A DNA stretch of 64,000 nucleotides from an uncultured Oscillospiraceae bacterium (GTDB lineage: Bacteria; Bacillota; Clostridia; Oscillospirales; Oscillospiraceae), in NCBI GenBank assembly GCA_934533005.1, contig CAKTBC010000002.1, positions 3,702 through 67,701 on the forward strand. Reading direction: 5' to 3'. The translations under genes and the position numbers were made by a program. The notes beneath the pieces are model-generated. The model saw nothing but the letters and a program-made list of their open reading frames with translations, was not told the origin of the DNA and did no database searches. This document shows positions 38,294-47,206 of this stretch, in pieces; position 1 is the stretch's first letter; the number at the start of each line of letters is the position of its first letter.

Positions 38294-38307
38294 CAAAACA
38301 TAATGGC

Positions 38308-38348
38308 AGCGGACGGCACGTCTCCGTTTTGGAGACGTGCCGTCCGCT
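38308..38348. terminator. Bidirectional terminator
   Basis: 18 bp stem agcggacggcacgtctcc/ggagacgtgccgtccgct with a gttt loop, T-rich on the plus side. Confidence 0.8.
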
Positions 38349-38364
38349 GTTTGGATATAAAGAT

Positions 38365-39659
38365 TTATCCGCAAAGCATGACCTTGGCCGAGAAGATACC
38401 GTCCTCACAGGTGAATGTGCTGGCACCGCCGGTCTTTTCCGCGATATGGCGTACAGACTGGATACCGATGCCGTCTCCCTTTCGTTTGGAGGACTGGAAT
38501 ACGCCGTTTTTCTCCCGGACCGCCCCGTCAAAAGTGTTTTCGACCCAGAGCAGCAGGATCCGCTCTGCGTGCAGATACGCTGTCACTTTGACCTGCCGCC
38601 GGGCGTTTGCCGTGCGCAGGCTGGCTTCCAGAGCGTTTTCCAGAAGATTGGAAAGCACAAGGCACATATCGATCTCATCGACCGGAAGTTTTCCCGGCAG
38701 ATCGATCTGCGCACGGAACGGAATGTTCTCCCTTTTTGCCAGGGCGCAGTAATAGCCGATCACGCTGTCTGCCGCGCGGTTTTCGCAGAAGCTCATATCG
38801 AGCTCCGGGATCCGGGAAGCGGTTTTGGCAAGATAATCCTTCAGCGTTTCGATATCGCCGATTTCGGCAAGCGAGGAGATCTGGTTCAGATGATGACGCA
38901 TATCGTGCCGTGTCTGCCGCGCTTCCTCAATGGCGGCTTTCAGATTCTCATAGCGCTGCTGCTGCATGGATGGGAGTTGATTTTCCTGCTGCAGACGCGC
39001 GTTACGGTTTAGGCTTGCCGCCATCATCAGGAAGATCAGATTAAGCCAGAACAAAATACCCCTGCAGCACACGGCCGGTATATAGCGTGGTCTGGTAACG
39101 CGGAACCATGAAAACGTTCAGAGCAATAAAGACCAGCGGCAAAACCCAGAATACATACCATGTCTGCGCAAAGTTCTCATCCTCCACTATCGTCCGCACC
39201 GCATGCGTTGCCGGATAATACGCAGCGGCGGCTGCGAGATAACAGACGGCATTATAAGAAAACACCGGCCCACAGACAAAACCACAGATCCGTCGTCTGC
39301 GGCGTTTGTGTATGCATCAGGATGGCCGCGTTGAAAGCTCTGGACAGGCTGTTCATGCAGGCAAACACCGCGCACACGGAAAGCGCGATCGTTCCGGATT
39401 TCCAAAGGGATATCCGAAGCGTTTTTATATAGAGGATGGCCGCGGCAGCCGCGACAAGCGCAAGCGCCGGTACCGTGGAAACGTGGAAATGATAGCAGAG
39501 CACCCCGCCGATCACGCAGAGCGCCAGAATCAGCGGCGCAAGCCACGCGGCGAGCTTTATGGGCGGCTGCCGCATGTAGGACTTCACCGGAAAAAACGCA
39601 AGGAGCAGACCGGGCAGCACAACGGCAAGCTCCAGGATCTGGCGCAGAATCTCTGTCAT
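38365..39659 (-). pseudogene. AgrC/HPK10-type sensor histidine kinase disrupted by two frameshifts
   Basis: One roughly 431-codon gene is spread over three frames: 39659-39252 (TM region, MTEILRQILELAVVLPG...), 39265-39041 (more TM helices) and 39072-38365 (H-box RHDMRHHLNQI, N-box LSNLLENALEA, GDGIGIQSV). Frame changes occur near 39255 (T-run) and 39060 (GGGG/TTTT). Confidence 0.7.
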
Positions 39660-40387
39660 GATATACGTCCCCTTTGCAGAAGGCACTCCATAAACGTCTG
39701 CCGGGCGCTTTTCCAGAGCTCTCGATTGACGTAGACAAAGCTTCCATCCTTCATCCGGAAAGAGGAATCCTCAAAGCTCTCCGCATACTCAAGATTTACG
39801 ATCACACCGCGGCCGCAAACAAAAAAGCGCGGATCCTCCCTCAGCGGCGCGATAAAAGTCTTGAAAGGAAGGCGCGTGGCGAGCGTTGTTCCGGCGAGCG
39901 TACGGATATGGATCATATGCGTAAAATGCTCCGCGGAAACGATGTCCCGATAGCCGAGACGAACCATACTGCCGCTGACCTTGAGCTCCAGATATTTCTC
40001 CGGACGCGGGGCTCTCGCAAAAACCTCCTCCGTCAATGCATCGAGCTCCTGCTCGGTATACGGCTTTACCAGATAGTGCATCGCCCGCACCTGAAAGCCC
40101 TCCAGCGCATGGTCGGTCGAGGTGGTGGTAAAAACGAGCATACAGTCTGTATCGAGTTTCCGAAGCTCCCGCACCGTATCCACGCCGCTCATGCCAGTCA
40201 TATAAATATCCAGAAAAGCCACGGTGAACCGCCGCTCTCTTTCCGCCGCAAGAAAGGCTTCTCCGCTGTCATATTCGCAGAACACCGCCTGCACACCGCG
40301 GCTTTGCATTTGCCGCTCCAATCGCGAGCGAAGCAGCGCACGCTCTGCGGAAAGATCGTCGACGATGGCAATTCTCACATCTTCCAT
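39656..40387 (-). CDS. LytTR-family response regulator
   Basis: Receiver domain RIAIVDD...FLDIYMTGMSG...VKP plus a C-terminal LytTR domain. Its stop overlaps the kinase ATG (ATGA). The start could instead be the GTG 9 nt downstream. Confidence 0.85.
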   Translation of the reverse strand: MEDVRIAIVDDLSAERALLRSRLERQMQSRGVQAVFCEYDSGEAFLAAERERRFTVAFLDIYMTGMSGVDTVRELRKLDTDCMLVFTTTSTDHALEGFQVRAMHYLVKPYTEQELDALTEEVFARAPRPEKYLELKVSGSMVRLGYRDIVSAEHFTHMIHIRTLAGTTLATRLPFKTFIAPLREDPRFFVCGRGVIVNLEYAESFEDSSFRMKDGSFVYVNRELWKSARQTFMECLLQRGRIS

Positions 40388-40439
40388 CCCCCTTTGCGCG
40401 AAGAGCATTATATCGCACGGATGCAAGAGCCTCGACAGA

Positions 40440-41674
40440 GATGACCATGCCGAGGAAGCAAAGACTCTCGGCTATTTCTCCCCGAAGCAGCACGACGGCG
40501 GGGGCTATGTCATACAGAGCTCGTACACGTTCCTTGATTCCGAAAACCGCATCGTCTTCCCTACCAGCAACAACCACGTTCTAATGCTGCGTGCCACGGA
40601 TGAAGAAGGAAATCTCTGGTTTGCCACGGGCGGCTTCCGCATCTATCCCGAGTGTGAGCAGCAGGGCGTGATCGGGTATATTGCCAGCAGCGCCATCGAC
40701 GCCATTTTGAACGGCAAAGAAGCAAATCTCTCCGAGGCCGTATTCGTCCATGACCTGACCCCCGGCGAAGGCGCAGAAAACGGCACTGCCGCCTCCCGGG
40801 ACGGCGCCGTCATCCTGACTAACCAGAACTGCTATCTGCTGCGCGCGGCAAGCGGTGTGGACGTTGCATGGTGCACGCCGTATGAAAGTGCGCTCGCCAA
40901 GGTCAGCGGCGAGGGCGATAAGACGACCGGCGGCGGTCTCGCCTGGGGCAGCGGCTGCTCCCCCACGCTGACGCCGAATCTTGTCATGTTTACCGATAAT
41001 CAGGATCCGGTAAATCTCCTGGCGCTGGATATGAAGAACGGCAAGGTCATGGCAAGCGCTCTCGTTCTCGATGGTCTTCCCGAGGGCTATCAGGTAGCCG
41101 TGGAAAACTCGGCCATTGTTTATGACGACGGCGAAGGCACCGTGAGCACTATCGTGTGCCACTGGTTCGGCGCAGGAAACGCCGGGCTCGCCGATCCGAA
41201 CAGCGATTCCTCCATCCAGAGTTACGCCAACATCTACGACCAGAACTGGCTGAGGAAGGGGAATATTTCGTTTACCTGCCCAAAATGCCTTACCGTGAGG
41301 TCGATCTGGATCAGGCGGCGCGCAATGTGCTCTCGCAGAATTGGTTCACCGCGGACGGCGGTGAAGGGACCGCTGCAAGCTGGCGGAACACGGCCGCCGT
41401 GCGCAACGTGCATCCCAATACCACGCTCGCCTTCCGCATGAATAACCTCTCGGGAAGCGTTTCGGAACTGACGCTGTACGCTTACGGCGCGGACGGCACT
41501 CTGGCGCCGGTTGCCTCCGAGCTCAGGAAGATCACGGACGAAAATGGTCAGGCCGTGACGGAGCTCACCGGCGGAACGCTCTATGAGCTTCGCGTCACCG
41601 CCGCCGACGGCGGCGAGCTGGATCTGTGCAAAACGGAAAGAGAAATTCGTCTCTCCGTTGTGCTGGGAAAATAA
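40440..41674 (+). pseudogene. 5'-truncated and frameshifted remnant of a gene of unknown function
   Basis: Protein-like sequence (GYFSPKQHDGGGYVIQSSY...LAWGSGCSPTLTPN...) has no start codon or RBS. The frame changes near 41250 and continues in ORF 41156-41674 (EYFVYLPKMPYREVDLD...ELRVTAADGG). Confidence 0.55.
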
Positions 41675-41690
41675 TTTATATCTTATCTGC

Positions 41691-41725
41691 AAAAGTGGCG
41701 GCTCATTCGAACCGCCACTTTTATT
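41691..41725. terminator. Bidirectional terminator
   Basis: Stem aaaagtggcgg/ccgccactttt. Confidence 0.7.
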
Positions 41726-42620
41726 CCGCTTTGCAGAATTCGAGAGAAAAACAGTAGGCATAGTCGTTTATCGGCGATACATTGCCGTCCACGAACTCCT
41801 GAAGACTGCCGACTCGGAGGCCGCCGCCGCTGTAGTTCAGGACGAGAAGCGGCTGCTCTGCATCAAACGTTATGGGTGCTTCGTCCTCAATGGACACCCC
41901 GGCTCGGATGAAATGCTTTCGATTCTCCACGCCCTCCAGTATAGGAAAGTTCGTCGATAATTTTGACCCTCTACCGGCAAGGATGAGTTTCACCTGGAAG
42001 TTTTCAAAATCCGGAACAATGAGGATTGTCCCCTCCTCCGGCGAGCCGATATCCTCGTAGCCGACAACCGCCCAGCTCTCTTTGCTGACTTGTTTGCCGA
42101 AGTGGTACGTTGTCAAATACACATGCAGCGAGAGGAAGTCATCCGAGGCGGTGTATCGGTACATATAGGCTCCGTCCGGACCGGCGAGGAGCTTGATCGT
42201 CTGCATTTCCGTGCTCTCTTTTTCGACAGGCCGTATCATTTTCTCCGGCCGGTTTGCGCGGAGCAGATACACCCCGATGACAGAGAGCGCCGCGAGAGAA
42301 AGCACAAGCAGCGCGCCGACGATCCATAGGAGACACTTTCGCCGTCGCTTCCCGTCCGTCGCCGTCTGAAGGATGTTCTCCTCCGCCCGGCGCGGCAAAT
42401 CGTTTTCCGCGATATCTTCGCCCGAAATAAATTCGTTGATGCCGATACCGAGCGCCGCGCACAGCTCCGTATAAAGCGATACGTCCGGCAGGCATACGCC
42501 CCGTTCCCACTTGGAGACCGATTTGTCGCTCACGCCGAGCTTTTCGGCAAGCTGCTTTTGCGTAAGGCCGAGGGTCTTTCGCTTTCCCGCAATGTATTGT
42601 CCAATCTTGTTGAGGTCCAT
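41721..42620 (-). CDS. Membrane-anchored XRE-family HTH transcriptional regulator with an extracytoplasmic domain
   Basis: N-terminal HTH LTQKQLAEKLGVSDKSVSKWERG, TM helix LLWIVGALLVLSLAALSVIGVYLL, and a roughly 170 aa C-terminal domain. Confidence 0.8.
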   Translation of the reverse strand: MDLNKIGQYIAGKRKTLGLTQKQLAEKLGVSDKSVSKWERGVCLPDVSLYTELCAALGIGINEFISGEDIAENDLPRRAEENILQTATDGKRRRKCLLWIVGALLVLSLAALSVIGVYLLRANRPEKMIRPVEKESTEMQTIKLLAGPDGAYMYRYTASDDFLSLHVYLTTYHFGKQVSKESWAVVGYEDIGSPEEGTILIVPDFENFQVKLILAGRGSKLSTNFPILEGVENRKHFIRAGVSIEDEAPITFDAEQPLLVLNYSGGGLRVGSLQEFVDGNVSPINDYAYCFSLEFCKAE

Positions 42621-42757
42621 AAAACCGCGCTCCTTTGCATTGCTCGGTTTCTTTATAGCAGAATTGCGGGAAAAAGGACACCCCCTGAATGTAGAATCAA
42701 GGCTTTCGGAGAGGCAAAGCTGCGTCTATAGCCGCTTCGATGTGCTTGCCTCCGGCT

Positions 42758-43669
42758 TTAAAACGTTTCGGTTTCCGTGACACACTCGGTTTTAATGCGG
42801 CCGACGAGGTATTGCAGTGCATCAACCGTATGCGGGCGGATATCGCCGCCGATAAGGATGTACATGATGTCGTCGCCCACGGAGAGCTTGCCCTCATTGA
42901 GCCATGCGCGCACATAGTACACGCCCTCCAGCTTGTACGTATCGGCGATCGCGGCTTCGACCTTTTCGCGGTCATACGAAAACACCATGCCGGAGACCGG
43001 CGCTGCGGACGTATCACCCTCGCGTGCAAGCGCTCTCGCTGTGGCACGCACAACACCGTTGTGCGTCAGGTACATGCCGATCTTTTCTGCCGACGGGTCT
43101 TTTTTCGCCTCGCGCAGCCACTCGTCCATGGAGGGGGCTTTTTTCCCGTGGTGATGATGGTGCTCGTGCCCAATCGGCACGCCGCAGTCGGCCGAGCCGC
43201 TGCCAAGCAGCATCTGCACGCCGTGGGCGATGGGTTCGAGCACGGCCTCGAGGTTTTCCTTGGCCGCCTTCTCGCTGCCGGGGAGGTTGACGATGAGCGT
43301 CCGGCCGCGGATACCGGCTTCGGCGCGGGATAGGCAGCCTCTCGGCGTAATCTTGAAGCTCTCGGCGCGCATGGCCTCCGGAATGCCCGGCGTGCACCGT
43401 TCCACGATCTCCAGCGTGGCCTCGGGCGTGATGTCGCGTGGGGAGAAGCCCGTACCGCCGGTCGTGAGCACGAGAGAGAGCTTCAATTCATCGGCGCATT
43501 TGACAAGTTCGGCTTTGATCTGTTCCCGCTCGTCGGGGACGATGACGGTATAGCGCACGTCGTAGCCGTGCTCTTTCAGCATGAAGACGAGGCGCGGCCC
43601 GCTCGTATCGACGCGCTCGCCGCGCGCTCCCTTGTCGCTTACGGTGATGACTGCTGCGGTATAACCCAT
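42758..43669 (-). CDS. Fusion protein: MogA/MoaB molybdopterin-binding domain + His-rich linker + MoaE-like domain (tentative)
   Basis: N-terminal VITVSDKGARGERVDTSGP...LVLTTGGTGFSPRD...NLPGSEKA (MogA/MoaB). Linker GHEHHHHHGKK. The C-terminal roughly 130 aa resemble the MoaE layout (THNGVVR...VGDDIMYILIGGDIRPH...LVGRIKTE). Confidence 0.7.
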   Translation of the reverse strand: MGYTAAVITVSDKGARGERVDTSGPRLVFMLKEHGYDVRYTVIVPDEREQIKAELVKCADELKLSLVLTTGGTGFSPRDITPEATLEIVERCTPGIPEAMRAESFKITPRGCLSRAEAGIRGRTLIVNLPGSEKAAKENLEAVLEPIAHGVQMLLGSGSADCGVPIGHEHHHHHGKKAPSMDEWLREAKKDPSAEKIGMYLTHNGVVRATARALAREGDTSAAPVSGMVFSYDREKVEAAIADTYKLEGVYYVRAWLNEGKLSVGDDIMYILIGGDIRPHTVDALQYLVGRIKTECVTETETF

Positions 43670-43671
43670 AG

Positions 43672-44643
43672 TTACTCTTCCTTTCTTTCAAAATCTCCGT
43701 GGACGCCACCGCTCTTGCGCAGCAGGCGGATGTCGGAGATCACCATATCCTTTTGTACGGCCTTGCACATATCATACACGGTGAGCGCCGCCGTAGACGC
43801 CGCCGTAAGTGCTTCCATTTCTACCCCGGTGCGGCCATCGCACGATACCGTGGCCTCGATCTCCACGCTGCACCGGCTCTCGTCGAGCCGGAGGGAGAGA
43901 TCGATTCCGTCGAGCAGGATCGGGTGGCACATTGGGATGATATCGGGCGTGCGCTTGGCCCCCATAACGCCCGCGATCTGCGCCACGGTAAGCACATCGC
44001 CCTTTTTCATGCCGCCGGAGCGGATGAGATGAAATGTCGTCCGATTCACGAGCACGCGCGCTGCGGCGGTCGCGGTGCGGCGGCTCTCCGGCTTTTCGCC
44101 GACATTGACCATTTTGGCGCGGCCTTCGTCGTTGAAGTGCGTAAAATCCTTTGGTTTTTCCATGATCGTGTTCTCCAGTATGAAATCGGCAATGGCCGGA
44201 ATATCCTCATAGCCGAAGCGGGGCACGGGGCTTTCCACGTCCATGTCGGTGACGATGGCAAGGAAGTGCTCAAGCGGCGCGGTGAAGCCCTTGCCGTTTT
44301 CCTGCCGCGCCACACCGATCTTCGGCAGCTTTTCGTTTTTAAAGCCCTCGATCAAAATGAGATCGACATCGTGTATACCGCCGAGGAGCTGAGAGAGCGG
44401 ATGCTCGCCGAGCGCAACGCACGCTGTCTTATCCGCAGAGGTCACCACAGTAATGTCCGCGCCCGCGTGGGTAAACCGCCAGGAGTCCTTCCCCTCGTGG
44501 TCGATCTCAAACTGGTGGCCATCGTGCTTGATGATGGCCAGACGCATGCCGCGCGACTTGATCTCCCGGATGAGCTTTTCCAGCAGCGTTGTCTTGCCCG
44601 AGCCGGAGTACCCGGCAAGCGCCATAATGGGTATGTTTGTCAT
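43672..44643 (-). CDS. Fusion protein: MobB (P-loop) + MoaC cyclic pyranopterin monophosphate synthase
   Basis: N-terminal GYSGSGKTTLLEKLI...IKHDGH (MobB). C-terminal TVAQIAGVMGAKRTPDIIPMCHP...GVEMEALTAASTAALTVYDMCKA (MoaC). Confidence 0.88.
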   Translation of the reverse strand: MTNIPIMALAGYSGSGKTTLLEKLIREIKSRGMRLAIIKHDGHQFEIDHEGKDSWRFTHAGADITVVTSADKTACVALGEHPLSQLLGGIHDVDLILIEGFKNEKLPKIGVARQENGKGFTAPLEHFLAIVTDMDVESPVPRFGYEDIPAIADFILENTIMEKPKDFTHFNDEGRAKMVNVGEKPESRRTATAAARVLVNRTTFHLIRSGGMKKGDVLTVAQIAGVMGAKRTPDIIPMCHPILLDGIDLSLRLDESRCSVEIEATVSCDGRTGVEMEALTAASTAALTVYDMCKAVQKDMVISDIRLLRKSGGVHGDFERKEE

Positions 44644-44644
44644 T

Positions 44645-45598
44645 TCACCCTCCGATCTCGTTCATGCTGCGCCCGGCGTGGCTGCGTTCCGCGGCTGAGA
44701 GCGGGTCATGGCACGCGGGCTTTGCGAGAATGACCTCACGCATCACGCGACGCATGCCGTCTTCGTCGAGCCCCTTGATGGGATACTCCTGATCCGAGTG
44801 CAGGCACGGTTTGAGCTTTCCGTCCGATGTGAGCCGGATACGGTTGCAGGCGGCGCAGAAATGGCGGCTCACCGCACGGATGAGGCCGATGTTTCCCTGC
44901 GCACCGGGGAGCCGGTAGAGCTTTGCCACTCTGTCGTCCTGCACGGTTTCCGTGAGCTGCGGCAGCGCTTTGAGCACCGCGTCCCCGGAAACATAGGCGT
45001 TTGCACCGAACTCCTCGCTCTCCGTCATCGGCATGAGCTCAATGAAGCGCACGTCCATGGGATAGTACCGCGTCAGCTCTGCCAGCGCGGGGATCTCGTC
45101 ATCGTTGAAGCCGCCGATGAGCACGGCGTTAACCTTCAAATGCTCAAACCCGGCGTCATACGCCGATTGAATGCCGCGCAGCGCCGATTCGAGCGTGCCG
45201 CGGCGCGTGATATAGGCATACTTTTCGGCATTAAGCGTATCGAGACTGATGTTGAGCCGCTGCACGCCCGCCGCACGCAGAGGTTTGGCAAGTTCCGGGA
45301 GAAGGGTGCCGTTTGTCGTGACGCATACCTCACGGATGCCGGGCACGGCGGCGCATTTCTCACACAGGGAGAGGATGTTCTTTTTTACCAACGGCTCGCC
45401 GCCGGTGATGCGCAGCTTATCGATGCCGAGCGAGGCCGCGGCGCGCACCGCGCTCACCATTTCCTCCTCCGTCAACATTTCGTCATGGCGCTTTGGACAT
45501 ACGCCCTCCTCCGGCATGCAGTACCGGCAGCGCAGATTGCACTTATCCGTTACCGAAAGGCGGAGATAATGAATGTTTCTTCCATAGCTGTCGATCAT
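44645..45598 (-). CDS. moaA: GTP 3',8-cyclase (radical SAM)
   Basis: YLRLSVTDKCNLRCRYCMP radical-SAM cluster motif, ITGGEPL, and C-terminal cluster CAACNRIRLTSDGKLKPCL. Confidence 0.92.
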   Translation of the reverse strand: MIDSYGRNIHYLRLSVTDKCNLRCRYCMPEEGVCPKRHDEMLTEEEMVSAVRAAASLGIDKLRITGGEPLVKKNILSLCEKCAAVPGIREVCVTTNGTLLPELAKPLRAAGVQRLNISLDTLNAEKYAYITRRGTLESALRGIQSAYDAGFEHLKVNAVLIGGFNDDEIPALAELTRYYPMDVRFIELMPMTESEEFGANAYVSGDAVLKALPQLTETVQDDRVAKLYRLPGAQGNIGLIRAVSRHFCAACNRIRLTSDGKLKPCLHSDQEYPIKGLDEDGMRRVMREVILAKPACHDPLSAAERSHAGRSMNEIGG

Positions 45599-45599
45599 A

Positions 45600-46814
45600 T
45601 CAGAGAAGGAATCCTTTCAGCTTTGTTCCGGCGCTGACCGGACCGCTCCCGCCGGGAACGATCGCCATTACATCGCAGCCGACAGCGCTTGAGAGCACGA
45701 CGTTGCCCTGGTCGCCGCTGAGCTCGATAAACGCCTCACCGCCGCGGATGCGGAGCTTTCCGCGTAGAAAGCGCGTCACCGGGCTTCTCTTTTTAAAGTC
45801 ATCCGCGAGCGTCACGGTGATCTCCTCCGGCACACAGTCCGTAAGGCCGGCCATTTTTCGGAGCACCGGCACGACCACGCCGTAATACGTTGTGAGCGAG
45901 GAGACCGGGTTGCCGGAGAGCGAGAGAATGAGCTTTCCCTCCCGCACGGCCAGCGCTGACGCCATACCAGGCTTCATGGCAAGACCGCGTACAAGCACTT
46001 CCGCACCAAGGCTTTCGATGGCATCGGGCGTGAGATCGTAGTCGCCCGCCGAAACACCGCCGGTGGACACGATGGCATCGCACGTACTCAGTCCCTTCGC
46101 GATCGCCGCGGCGATGCCCTCCGTACCGTCCGGCACAATGCCGAGATATTCGGTATCGCAGCCGAGAGAGCGCATGGCGGCAATGAGCGTATAGGCGTTT
46201 GAGTTGCGGATCTTTCCCGCGCCGGGTGTCTCATCCGCCTCCACGAGCTCGGTGCCGGTAGAGAGAACGGCGATGCGGGGCTTTTTGTAAACGAGCGGCT
46301 CGGTCACGCCCTGCGCCGCGAGAGAACCGGCCAGTGCAGCGTCAATACGCTCTCCCGCCGAAACAAGCAGCGTGCCGGCCCGGATGTCCTCTCCGGCGCG
46401 GATGACGTTGTCGCCCAGGCGCACGGGCGCGAAAAGCGTGACGGATGTTTCGGTAAATTCCGTTTTTTCAAACATGATGACCGTGTCCGCTCCATCGGGA
46501 ATCGGCGCGCCGGTCATAACACGGCTGGCCGTTCCGGCGGTGACGGGCTGCGTTGGCGCGCTCCCGGCCGGGATCTCTTCGAGCACGCGCAGCGTTACGG
46601 GCGCTTCGCGCGAGGCGTCCTTCACATCTGCGGCACGAAGAGCATAGCCGTCGTAGGGTGAGCGGTCAAACGCCGGAACGTTCTCCGCGGCGTACAGCTC
46701 CTGCGCGAGGACGCGCCCGGCGCCCTCCTCGAGCGGCACACGCTCCGTCTCCCCAGGGCAGACAAGCGACAGCAGCAGGTCGCGCGCTTCTTCATATCTC
46801 GGTCGTTTCAGCAT
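45600..46814 (-). CDS. moeA: Molybdopterin molybdenumtransferase
   Basis: Four-domain MoeA layout: PAFDRSPYDGYA, VLSTGTELV, STGGVSAGDYD, and a C-terminal beta domain. Confidence 0.9.
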   Translation of the reverse strand: MLKRPRYEEARDLLLSLVCPGETERVPLEEGAGRVLAQELYAAENVPAFDRSPYDGYALRAADVKDASREAPVTLRVLEEIPAGSAPTQPVTAGTASRVMTGAPIPDGADTVIMFEKTEFTETSVTLFAPVRLGDNVIRAGEDIRAGTLLVSAGERIDAALAGSLAAQGVTEPLVYKKPRIAVLSTGTELVEADETPGAGKIRNSNAYTLIAAMRSLGCDTEYLGIVPDGTEGIAAAIAKGLSTCDAIVSTGGVSAGDYDLTPDAIESLGAEVLVRGLAMKPGMASALAVREGKLILSLSGNPVSSLTTYYGVVVPVLRKMAGLTDCVPEEITVTLADDFKKRSPVTRFLRGKLRIRGGEAFIELSGDQGNVVLSSAVGCDVMAIVPGGSGPVSAGTKLKGFLL

Positions 46815-46846
46815 AACTTCTTCCTCCAGTGAGAATAATACAATTC

Positions 46847-46872
46847 AAAAAAGCCGTCTCGAACGAGACGGC
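46847..46872 (-). terminator. Leader terminator (attenuator) between the structured leader RNA and moeA
   Basis: Minus-strand stem gccgtctc/gagacggc followed by T6, 30 nt upstream of the moeA RBS GGAGGAAG. Confidence 0.75.
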
Positions 46873-46884
46873 CTTAAAAAGCAA

Positions 46885-47043
46885 TATGCATACCACAGGG
46901 TCATGCGCGCGGCATGCCCCGAAAGTTCGTCGTCTCCTTCTCAAACACGGAAAGTCGTGCCGTTTCCGGCAGGGCTCTGTCCCGCTTGCGCGGGGACGGC
47001 CGCAGGCCATAGCTTTCGCCTTAGGCTGTACGGCTTGGAAACT
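46885..47043 (-). promoter_or_regulatory. Candidate molybdenum cofactor (Moco) riboswitch
   Basis: Minus-strand leader: TTCCAAGCC, then a hairpin carrying an 11-nt tetraloop-receptor motif (CCTAAG..GAAA..TATGG), a GCAA-capped hairpin, a GAAA-capped hairpin and GAGAAGGAG. It sits between a promoter and a terminator in front of moeA-moaA. Similarity to the Moco motif is recalled from memory, not computed. Confidence 0.5.
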
Positions 47044-47061
47044 TTTTGTTTTATGATATTT

Positions 47062-47090
47062 ATTATACAAGCCGTACCGGGCTCAGTCAA
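47062..47090 (-). promoter_or_regulatory. Sigma-A-type promoter of the Moco biosynthesis operon
   Basis: TTGACT - 17 nt - TATAAT on the minus strand. Confidence 0.65.
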
Positions 47091-47159
47091 GCTGTCCGCA
47101 TACGGATTAAGTTGCTATGGGGTAACACTTTTATCTCCATTATGCCCCCCATCCGGCAT

Positions 47160-47200
47160 AAAAAAGCCCCGGCAGCACGGGATTTCCGTGCATGCTGGGG
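47160..47200 (-). terminator. Rho-independent terminator ending the nine-gene molybdoenzyme operon
   Basis: Imperfect GC-rich stem ccccagcatgcacgg/ccgtgctgccgggg followed by T6 on the minus strand, 7 nt after the mobA stop. Confidence 0.7.
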
Positions 47201-47206
47201 TCTTTC

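Noticed and set aside
38365-41674. Frameshifts as programmed recoding or phase variation.
   Set aside because: The homopolymers involved are only 4 nt long, there are no slippery heptamer plus structure signals, and a neighbouring gene is also truncated. Decay or sequencing error is more parsimonious.
42621-42757. Possible terminator or regulatory hairpin (ggcaaagc...gcttgcc) after the last Moco gene.
   Set aside because: The stem is imperfect and no T tract follows. The evidence is too weak to call.
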